Shown in pieces: positions 30,746 through 38,889 of a DNA stretch of 64,000 nt. A model generated the notes under the pieces. That model was not told the DNA's origin. It worked only from the letters and a program-made list of their open reading frames with translations, and searched no databases. Within the stretch, counting starts at the first letter, position 1. Every line of letters begins with the position of its first letter. The translations under genes and the position numbers were made by a program. The DNA is taken from contig CBDAOU010000001.1 in the NCBI GenBank assembly GCA_965198185.1, positions 636,310-700,309 on the forward strand. Reading direction: 5' to 3'. Origin of the DNA: Chloroflexota bacterium. Its GTDB lineage: Bacteria; Chloroflexota; UBA11872.

Positions 30746-31933
30746 ATGCAGCCCGTGTCCTATCAGCAGGTCCTAGCCCGGCTGGACCCCGAGGCCATCG
30801 CGCGGGACACGCTGGCCTTTGTCCAAGTTCCCAGTGAGACGGGCGCCGAGGGTGCCGGCGGCGAGTACTTTGCCGCGCTGTGCCAGCGCGCCGAGCTCGA
30901 AATCGAGATCGACCGATTCATCGCCGACCGGCCCAACGTCTACGCACGCCTTCCGGGGACCGAGCGGGGACGTCCGTTGATGTTGAACGGCCACGTGGAC
31001 ACGATTCCGCGCGGCGACAGCGATCCGCCGGAGCTGCGGGACGGCTGGGTGGTGGGGCGCGGCGCGGAGGACATGAAGGGCGGGCTGGTGGCGATGGTGC
31101 ACGCGGCGTCGGCGCTGCGGCGCGCCGGAGTGCGGCTCGGCGCGGACCTTTGGCTGACGGGAGTCGTCGGTCACGAAACGCCGGTGGGCAAGAAGGAAGG
31201 ACCGAAGCGACTGGTGGAGCGCATCCGCGCGGGCGACATCCCGGCGGCGGCGGTGATCATCGCCGAGGGTCCGCACGCCATCTGGACGGCCGGGCTGGGC
31301 GCGGCGATGTTCCGCATCACGCTGAGCAGCGCGCGGGGCATCGTGCACACGCTGCACGTGCCCTACGCCGACAACCCGGCGCGCTGGGCGGGCGCGATGC
31401 TGGAGGAGTTCGCGGCTTGGGAAGCGCGGTTCGAGGACGAGACGCCGCATCCGCTCTGTGGGCGGCAGCGGGTCGACATCGGCCTGGTCGCGGGCGGCGA
31501 CTATCCCAACCGTCTGCCGACGCCCCTCACGCTGCGGGGCACGCGGCGCTGGCGGCACGGATTGACGGCGGCGGACATTGAGTCGGAGCTGCGGGACCTC
31601 TGCCGGCGCATCGAGGAACGGTCGGGGCTGCAGGCGACGTTTTCGCTGGACGCGCCGCACGAGCCCTTCGAGACGCCCGCGGACCACGCGCTGGTGCGGG
31701 CCTTGGAGGCCGCGGCGACGACCGCCACCGGCGCCACGCTGCCACGGATCGGCCTGGGCCTGGTGACCGACGCCAACATCTACGCCAACGACGCGTCGCT
31801 GCCGGTGGTCTGCTGCGGCCCCGAGTACGCCACGGCCCACTCCGACAACGAGCGCGTGTCGGTCGAGCGTCTGCACCGAACCGCCGCGCTTTACGCGCTC
31901 GCGGCTATGGAGTTCTGCGGCGTCGAGGGCTGA
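30746..31933 (+). CDS. M20-family metallopeptidase (ArgE/DapE/acetylornithine deacetylase-like)
   Basis: 'LNGHVDTIP', 'GAEDMKGGL', 'HETPVG' metal-binding motifs. 395 aa. Confidence 0.8.
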   Translation: MQPVSYQQVLARLDPEAIARDTLAFVQVPSETGAEGAGGEYFAALCQRAELEIEIDRFIADRPNVYARLPGTERGRPLMLNGHVDTIPRGDSDPPELRDGWVVGRGAEDMKGGLVAMVHAASALRRAGVRLGADLWLTGVVGHETPVGKKEGPKRLVERIRAGDIPAAAVIIAEGPHAIWTAGLGAAMFRITLSSARGIVHTLHVPYADNPARWAGAMLEEFAAWEARFEDETPHPLCGRQRVDIGLVAGGDYPNRLPTPLTLRGTRRWRHGLTAADIESELRDLCRRIEERSGLQATFSLDAPHEPFETPADHALVRALEAAATTATGATLPRIGLGLVTDANIYANDASLPVVCCGPEYATAHSDNERVSVERLHRTAALYALAAMEFCGVEG

Positions 31934-32279
31934 CGACACGGGCCTGAAGCCGGGGAGTCGCGGTGCGCGACGAGCGGTGGAAACACGTGGACTACCGCGG
32001 CTTTGCGCCGTGGCTCTTCGACCGGGTGGACGACCCGGAAGAGCGCCACGACTTTGCCGCCGACCCGAAGTCGGACGGCTTGACTTAGTGGGAATAAGAC
32101 GTTGGGCCAAGAGATTATTCCCTTGACCAGTGGTATGCATTGCATTATCCTCCTCTAGCAAGGGAGTAGTCCATTGGTGAGGCGCATGAAATTCAACTTC
32201 ACCGTGGATGTGCGCGGCATTGATACCGATTCTCTTTTCCGGCGCCTCTACGAGGTCCGCACGCACGGTGGGCAATCCC

Positions 32280-33083
32280 ATGTCTGACCGGCGCTACACG
32301 ATGGCTAAGCCGTACTGGCGCCAGCTGCTGGACTCGGCGCGTGTCGTGCGAGGTGTCTTGGGGGCGGCGCTCGCCCTGTGGGTCATTCTGCGCATGTTGG
32401 GGATTCTCGACGCTTGGGACCTGCTGACACTCACTTTGGTCATCGCCGGTCTCGCCTGGCTGATTGACCTCGGCCCGCGCAACCCGTCCGGGTGGCTTGT
32501 GGTCGGCGCCGGCATCCTGGTGCAGGTGAGCCATCGCGGCGCGTTCAGCGGCGGCGTGCAGCTGGGCATTTGGCTGGCCTTCGCGATCGTTGCCTTGGGC
32601 GCCCTGTGGCAAAACGGGACCATCCGCACGCGTCGCACGGTGCGCTTGCGAGGGTGGAAAGACAGCCACGTGGATCTCAATTACACCGGGGGCACGCTGC
32701 GCGCCAGGGGCGACGTCCGGCGGGGCGAGATTACCTGTCGGCTGTGCGACGTCGTTGTCGATCTGCGGTACGCCGACATCACCCGTCCGCCGGCGATCCT
32801 CGATGTGACGTGCGTCGTGGGCCGGCTGGATTTGGTGGTACCGATCTGGTGGCGTGTCGGCCAAAACGTCAACACCACGCTCTCGCGCCTGGTGCTCGAG
32901 GCGCGCCTTGCCGGGGAACACGGCAGTCCCAGGTCCGGCTCGTGGATTGGGCGCATGCGGCCGGTCGGAAGCCGTAGGCGCGGCGTCCGCGAGGGCGGAG
33001 ACCCGGAGCCGGACGCGGGCTTCGTGAACCTGCTGGTGCAAGGGTCGTCGCACCTGGGCCGCATCCGGATTCGCCACACCTGA
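32280..33083 (+). CDS. membrane protein with a LiaF-like/DUF2154 beta-rich C-terminal domain, copy 1
   Basis: N-terminal TM helices, then repeated beta-strand segments 'NYTGGTLRARGDVRRGEITCRLCDVVVDLRYADI...DVTCVVGRLDLVVP'. Start at the Met at 32280 or 32301. Confidence 0.55.
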   Translation: MSDRRYTMAKPYWRQLLDSARVVRGVLGAALALWVILRMLGILDAWDLLTLTLVIAGLAWLIDLGPRNPSGWLVVGAGILVQVSHRGAFSGGVQLGIWLAFAIVALGALWQNGTIRTRRTVRLRGWKDSHVDLNYTGGTLRARGDVRRGEITCRLCDVVVDLRYADITRPPAILDVTCVVGRLDLVVPIWWRVGQNVNTTLSRLVLEARLAGEHGSPRSGSWIGRMRPVGSRRRGVREGGDPEPDAGFVNLLVQGSSHLGRIRIRHT

Positions 33084-33307
33084 CGACCGGCGTTCGCTAG
33101 GACGGGCCACTCATCGATCCTCCGGTTATTCGGAGCGCCAGCGAGGAATCTGCGGCCATCCCGGTGACCTCGATGGCTGCCGGTGGTCTGCTGCGGCCCG
33201 GAGTACGCCACGGCCCACTCGGACCATGAGCGCGTGTCGGTCGAGCGCCTACACCGGACCGCCGCGCGGTACGCCCTGGTGGCGATGGAGTCTTGCGGCG
33301 TAGAGGG

Positions 33308-33475
33308 CTAAGGCGAATCCGTCGGCGGCCAATTGCGCGACCTGCTCTCGTGCTCCTTACTGAGCCATCCGAGGTACCGGAAGACACGCCACAGCACCGC
33401 CACCAATAGAAAGAACCCCAGCGCCAGCACCACGTACACGGCGATGATCAGGATCTCGAGCGGTCCGAGCGGCAT
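33308..33475 (-). CDS. small hydrophobic protein (55 aa, one TM helix)
   Basis: 'MPLGPLEILIIAVYVVLALGFFLLVAVLWRVFRYLGW' preceded by GGAGG 6 nt upstream of the ATG. Lies in the spacer between the duplicated segments. Confidence 0.35.
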   Translation of the reverse strand: MPLGPLEILIIAVYVVLALGFFLLVAVLWRVFRYLGWLSKEHESRSRNWPPTDSP

Positions 33476-33711
33476 TTCTAACCTCCGCGTCATTGGCCTG
33501 GTGGACGCCGCACGCCGTCCAAGCTAGCGCGCCGGCGGGCTCCGTCGCGCGGTCCGACCAAATCGACGCTTTGCTAGGCTCCAAATTGAGGAGTGCTGCA
33601 TGCAATTCACCGGGCATCTGTCACGGGACGAGCGCAGGTTCAGCACCGGCGCAATGCGCGATTCCTCGAAGGCCGGTCGCACGATCCAATGCGCCCACAA
33701 GGGTCGTCCGA

Positions 33712-34515
33712 ATGCCTGACCGGCGCTACACGATGGCTAAGCCGTTCTGGCGCCAGCTGCTGGACTCGCCACGTTTCATGCGAGCGGCCTTTGGCATGTC
33801 CGTGTTCTTTTGGATCATCCTGCGCATCACCGGGGTCCTCGATATCTGGGACCTGCTGACGATGATGCTGGTGCTCTTTGGTCTCACCTGGATGAATGAC
33901 CTCGGTCTACTCAATCCGGTCGGATGGCTTGCGGTTGGCGCCGGAATCCTGGTGCAGGTGAGCCATCTTGGCGAGTTCAGCGGCAGCGTGCAGCTGGGCA
34001 TTTGGCTGGCCTTCGCGATTGTTGCCTTGGGCGCCCTGTGGCAAAACGGGACCATCCGCACGCGTCGGACGGTGCGCTTGCGGGGGTGGAAAGACAGCCA
34101 CGTGGATCTCACCTACACCGGGGGCACGCTGCGCGCCAAGGGCGACGTCCGGCGGGGCGAGATCACCTGCCGGCTGTGCGACGTCGTTGTCGATCTGCGC
34201 TACGTCGACATCACGCGTCCGCCGGCAATCCTCGACGTGACGTGCGTCGCGGGTCGGCTGGATTTGGTCGTCCCGATATGGTGGCGCGTCGGCCAAAACG
34301 TGAACACCACGCTCTCGCGCTTGGTGCTCGAGGCGCGCCTCGCCGGGGAACACGGCAGCCCCAGCCCGCGCACGTGGTTTGCGCCGATTCGGCCGGGCGG
34401 CAGCGGTAGACCCGGCGTCAGTCAAGGCGGCGATCCGGAGCCGGACGCGGGCTTTGTGAACCTCTTGGTGCAGGGGTCGTCACACCTGGGCAGGGTGCGG
34501 ATTCGCCACGCCTGA
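33712..34515 (+). CDS. membrane protein with a LiaF-like/DUF2154 C-terminal domain, copy 2 (tandem paralog)
   Basis: ~85% identical to copy 1. C-terminal halves are near-identical at the nucleotide level. Confidence 0.55.
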   Translation: MPDRRYTMAKPFWRQLLDSPRFMRAAFGMSVFFWIILRITGVLDIWDLLTMMLVLFGLTWMNDLGLLNPVGWLAVGAGILVQVSHLGEFSGSVQLGIWLAFAIVALGALWQNGTIRTRRTVRLRGWKDSHVDLTYTGGTLRAKGDVRRGEITCRLCDVVVDLRYVDITRPPAILDVTCVAGRLDLVVPIWWRVGQNVNTTLSRLVLEARLAGEHGSPSPRTWFAPIRPGGSGRPGVSQGGDPEPDAGFVNLLVQGSSHLGRVRIRHA

Positions 34516-34787
34516 CGACGGGCGGTCGCTACGACGCGTCCACCCGTCCACTTCCGGTCATTCCGAGCGCCAGCGAGGAATCTGCGGCCGTCGCGGTGAC
34601 CTCGGCGGCAGCCGGTGACTCATCCCTGCGCCTCGGGTCGAACGTCTGAGATTCCTCGCGATGCTCGGTATGACAACCGGGGCAATCGGAACGCGAGCGA
34701 AGGGACCGAGTTCCCAGGCTGCACGCAGCCCGGGCCACCGGGAAGCGTGGGCCACCGGCCGAGGCTCGAAGTTGAGATAGGAAGCGA

Positions 34788-35639
34788 TTAGCCTTCGGGC
34801 GCGATGAGGATCTCGTTGCGGGCGCGGAGGGCCAGCGTCTCGTTGTAGAGCGTGGGCGGTCGGCGTGGCAACGGCGGCGCGGTGGGCGTTTTGGATGGAT
34901 CGCGGAGCGCCCGGCGGTCCCGCCCCCGCACTTCCCACCACCAGTGCTCAGTTGCCAGCGGCTCGACCTCCCGGCGGAGAATGAACTCCGCGCGGTCCCA
35001 GGCGCTGAAGGCCGCGTGGGCCAGAAAGACCCGCGACACCATGGCGCCGTCCCACTCTTCGAGATCGGGCAGCGCCAGCGGCCCCGTGTCGACTTGAAAC
35101 TGGCCCTTCGTCCGCTCGATGTTGATCGTGCGAATCGGGTATTCCAGCGTGACGGTCAGCCCCCGCGCGCCGTCGTGGTAGGTCGTGCGGGCGTTCAAGC
35201 GTTGCCCAGCCCGCACCGCGCGCATCACCTCGCGGGTGTCGCGTGTCGGCTTCGAGCCTGAAACCACGTGGGTCGTGAAATGCGTGCCGGCGAAGCGGCC
35301 GGCGTGAGGCGTGGGGGCGGTCGGCTCGCGCTCCGCAGACGGGCGCGTGGCGATGGGGATGCCGTGCGTGCGGCTGAGCACCACCCGGAACTCCTGGCTG
35401 GGGACCTGGAACAGGTTGCGGTCGGCGATGGTGTACTCGGCAAGACAGGGTTGCAGCAGGAAGATTTCAAGCGGCGGCGCGTCATCCTCGCCGCGGATCG
35501 TGCACACGGCGTCGTAGCCGATGCGCACGTGATAAGCGTCGCCCGGCTGGCCCACGAAGCCGCCGGGGTACTTGTAGACCGGGTCCGGCCGGTGGGGCAG
35601 GTGGTCCCAGGTGAAATGCGAGCGCGCGAAGTCGATCAT
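34788..35639 (-). CDS. hypothetical protein, 283 aa, unknown family (paralog A)
   Basis: No motif I recognise. Shares 'MIDFxRSxxTW...PDPVYxYPGGFVGxPG...NLFQVP...RLNARxTY...FLAHAAF...EFILRR' with the upstream gene. Confidence 0.55.
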   Translation of the reverse strand: MIDFARSHFTWDHLPHRPDPVYKYPGGFVGQPGDAYHVRIGYDAVCTIRGEDDAPPLEIFLLQPCLAEYTIADRNLFQVPSQEFRVVLSRTHGIPIATRPSAEREPTAPTPHAGRFAGTHFTTHVVSGSKPTRDTREVMRAVRAGQRLNARTTYHDGARGLTVTLEYPIRTINIERTKGQFQVDTGPLALPDLEEWDGAMVSRVFLAHAAFSAWDRAEFILRREVEPLATEHWWWEVRGRDRRALRDPSKTPTAPPLPRRPPTLYNETLALRARNEILIAPEG

Positions 35640-36487
35640 TGGCGCACCGATTCAGAGGCCCGCAGGATGGTGTTGACCGCCGCCAATTCCCAGGTTTCGT
35701 AGTAGCCGGACGCGCGCGGGCGGGGCCGTTCGGGTTCGACTCCCGGCACGTGCCGCTCGTACCGATCACGCCCGCGCACGGCGGCCGCCCAGGCCAGGTC
35801 GTGCTCGGCCACCTCGATGCTCCGCCGCAGGATGAACTCCACGTGATCGTCGGCGGCGAAGGCCGCGTGGGCCAGGAAGACCCGATCGACTCCAGCGCCA
35901 TCCCAAGTGGTCAGGTCTGGGAGCGCCACCGCGCCGGTGCACACCTGATAGCGGCCGCCGCCGGCGTGCAGGTTGATGAGCTTTATCGGGTATTCGACGG
36001 TCACCGCGAGGCCCTGCACGTTATCTCGGTAGGTGGATCGGGCGTTGAGGCGGTCGCCCGCCAGGGAGGACGCGACGATCGCGTCGTCGGTCACGAGCGC
36101 CGCGGCATCGAGCGTGCGCACGTCGATGGCGACTCCGCGAACCGCGCCGCCGATGGGCTGCCGCCGCGTGCCCTCGTCATGCCAGCTGGGCTCGGCGGCG
36201 ATGGGGACCGTGAACGCGTCGCTGACGGCGGCGCGGAACTCGCCGTTGGGCACCTGAAACAGGTTGTCGTCGGCGATGATGAACTCGGAGCGGCAGGGCG
36301 CGGTGAGATAGATCGTGCACGCGGTACCCCGCGCCTCATCGACGATCTCGCAGCCGGCGTCGATCTGGAGTCGGCTGGTGGTGGCCTCGCCCGGCTCGCC
36401 GACAAAACCGCCCGGATAGGCATAGACCGGGTCGGGCTCGGCCCACTCGATCGTCCAGGTGATGAAGGATCGGTTGAAGTCGATCAT
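35636..36487 (-). CDS. hypothetical protein, 283 aa, unknown family (paralog B)
   Basis: ~45% identical to paralog A with the same length. Stop/start ATGA overlap at 35636-35639. Confidence 0.55.
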   Translation of the reverse strand: MIDFNRSFITWTIEWAEPDPVYAYPGGFVGEPGEATTSRLQIDAGCEIVDEARGTACTIYLTAPCRSEFIIADDNLFQVPNGEFRAAVSDAFTVPIAAEPSWHDEGTRRQPIGGAVRGVAIDVRTLDAAALVTDDAIVASSLAGDRLNARSTYRDNVQGLAVTVEYPIKLINLHAGGGRYQVCTGAVALPDLTTWDGAGVDRVFLAHAAFAADDHVEFILRRSIEVAEHDLAWAAAVRGRDRYERHVPGVEPERPRPRASGYYETWELAAVNTILRASESVRQ

Positions 36488-37103
36488 GGATCAGCCGGCG
36501 GAGCCTGGCGCATCCCCCACGGTGGACCTCTCCCTGCCACGGCGCCCGGGCTGGTGAGGATAGCCCGGCGGCGGCGGGATCGACTATCCATCGGCGCACG
36601 CCGTAGCTGTCCGGTCCCGGATCGCGCCACGAGCGGGATGTCCGCGAACGTATCGATCTCGAAGCTCCTCCGGTGCCTTATTGCTTGACGAACGCGGCGG
36701 GGAGTCCACCACCCGAGGTTCCCTTCGTAGGGATGCGCTGCCAAGCAGCAGCGCGTGAGTGGGGTGGAATCCGCTGCGAACTGGAAGCCCGAGATCGTGT
36801 TTGACAAGTTACCGCTCGAACATTCGCAGGCCATAATAGACACCAAGAACTCAAGTGTTCATAGGCGGTGGACTTGAAGCTGGTTCGAAGTGGAGTGTGA
36901 TCTTTCTCGCATGTGGTATCGCGACCTACGTCCACGGTTCAAGCCACGTTTTCGGTCGGCCTATATGCCCCCGTGTGCGGTCCTTCTTCGTTGTCTCGCA
37001 CTCCCGCAAAGTGGTAGCATGGTAGATATCGGGGAGTGCCGTGAGAGGGGGGCGTATGCGTGACGCGGAGACCACGGTGCCTATCCAAAGAAGGAGGACC
37101 GCC

Positions 37104-37373
37104 ATGCCCCCACGGCGCCCACGTGAAGAGGCGGTCCGCCTCGGCAAGGAGAAATACCACCGGGACATCCTGCCTCAGGTCGAGGCTGACCACTTTGGAG
37201 AGTACGTCGCCATCGACATTGAGACCGGGGACTGGGCCGTTGCCGACACGACCCGCGTTGCGGTGGAGCGGCTGCGAGCGCGGCGGCCCGATGCTGTCGA
37301 TGTCTTGTGTGAGCGCGTCGGATACCGGGCGTTGCGCAGCTTCGGGGCCGGGTCCCTGCGGAAGACCGGGTGA
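37104..37373 (+). CDS. small hypothetical protein (89 aa) co-transcribed with a retropepsin-like protease
   Basis: AAGGAGG Shine-Dalgarno 7 nt upstream of the ATG at 37104. 'EADHFGEYVAIDIETGDWAVADTT'. Stop overlaps the protease GTG (GTGA). Confidence 0.6.
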   Translation: MPPRRPREEAVRLGKEKYHRDILPQVEADHFGEYVAIDIETGDWAVADTTRVAVERLRARRPDAVDVLCERVGYRALRSFGAGSLRKTG

Positions 37374-37741
37374 TCGAGGGGGTTGTGAATGCCGCCCGTG
37401 AAGCAGTGGTTCCCCTACACCTACAGGGGCCAGAGGGGCGGACCCGGGAGATCGAGGCCGTGGTCGACACCGGCTACAGCGGTTTCTTGACGCTGCCAAC
37501 TGCGTTGGTGGACGAGATAGGGTTGCCGTTCGCTTACATTGGCCAGGCGCTTCTGGCCAACGACGCTGCGGTCGATTTCGACGTTCACTACGTCACCGTG
37601 CTCTGGGACGGCCAACCGAGAGACATCGAGGCCGACGCGACGGGCAGCACCCCTCTCGTGGGCATGCTGCTCCTAGACAGGCATGACCTGAGCATCCAGG
37701 TTCGGGACGGCGGGCGAGTCCTCATTCAGGCTACGGCATAG
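37370..37741 (+). CDS. retropepsin-like (clan AA) aspartic protease
   Basis: 123 aa with 'VVDTGYSGFLTLP' (DTG motif). Second copy of this family in the window. Confidence 0.7.
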   Translation: MIEGVVNAAREAVVPLHLQGPEGRTREIEAVVDTGYSGFLTLPTALVDEIGLPFAYIGQALLANDAAVDFDVHYVTVLWDGQPRDIEADATGSTPLVGMLLLDRHDLSIQVRDGGRVLIQATA

Positions 37742-37755
37742 ATAATGAATATCGC

Positions 37756-38793
37756 ATGGCTGATGGGATGAGCGAACGGCTGGACATTGCCTACTACTAT
37801 CCCGCGCCCTTTTGGGGCATGGGCGAAGGCAGCTGGATAGAGTCGCTGCTCCTGTTCTTCGATAAGGTCTCCATCCTGCTGCCGGGCTATATATACGGGC
37901 GACATCATTCCGCCGACCCCGTGTTGGCCGAGCCGCTGGAAGACTAAGGTTTGCTGGAGGTGCTCGAACCCAACAAGTGGATAGACCAGGACATGACGAA
38001 GAAGCTGGTAGAGACTGTCAGCGACCTGCTTGCTAACGGTGTGTTCGACAACCTTCCCGGAGAAGTCTATTTCCACGAATTGTCTCAGTCCCGCATGGGC
38101 TACGGGGCCGATGTTGATCTGGCTGAGTCGCTGATATCGAGACTTCGGGCGAAGGGGCTTGCGAAACCGAGCGAGGATGGCGTCTCGATACCCCTCCACC
38201 CGACCGTACGCACGACCATCCTCGTCATCCTCGCCCAACTTGCGCGCTCGGCAGGCAACAAACATAACCTGTCCGTCCACCCTGCTACCCAAGACGGACG
38301 CGCCCTCAAAGACCTCATTGATACCTTATCGAACGAGCGGATGCCTTCCCGCGGCAATGTAGTTGCCCTTGACCTCGAACCCGTCAGCTTCAACCTGGAC
38401 CCAGTGCCTCTTGACGAACTCCTACAATTCCGAGCCGAGCACCATGAGGCGCACCGGGTTTATATGCGTAACCTGCGAGGGTTCATGATGGAGCTTTCCG
38501 ACATCGATAGCCTGGAGGATAGAGCGGCCCTTCTCCTACAGCGACGCCAGGAAATCTCCGACGCTGCTCACGAACTCCAACGCTCTACTCGAATAGCACT
38601 GGGAGTAAACCTTGCCTCATGGTCCCTGGGAATCGCTGGCAGCGCATGGTCGGCTACGACTGGCGACCCGCTCGGAGCCGTGCTTGCGACGTTGGGGCTA
38701 GGCTCAAGCATCGTCGGCTTGGTGGCCACGTCCTCGAACAAGGTCACCGCTTACTCCTATCTGTTTCACGTGCAACGCACCTTTGCGGGGTAA
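37756..38793 (+). pseudogene. 345-aa unknown-function ORF interrupted by a single in-frame TAA (37945-37947)
   Basis: ORFs 37756..37947 and 37951..38793 are in the same frame: '...AEPLED*GLLEVLEPNKW...'. N-terminal 'YYYPAPFWGMGEGSW', C-terminal Gly/Ala/Ser-rich hydrophobic segment. Low GC (~50%). Confidence 0.45.
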
Positions 38794-38889
38794 CCACACG
38801 CAGTTCCGTCCTGCCGACGATCCAATGAAACGGTCCCACGGCGGTTCCGGGAGTACCCTAGGCCCCATGCCGCACTTCCAAAACCCGGC

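Noticed and set aside
31933-32280. ORF between the peptidase and LiaF-like copy 1
   Set aside because: No ORF with coding-like composition. The region looks regulatory (AT-rich inverted repeat patch).
36490-37080. CRISPR array, tRNA, RNase P, tmRNA or SRP RNA in the 600-bp ORF-free low-GC stretch
   Set aside because: No direct repeats with spacers, no cloverleaf, and none of the universal RNase P / tmRNA / SRP consensus blocks are present. It is left as an unexplained non-coding region.
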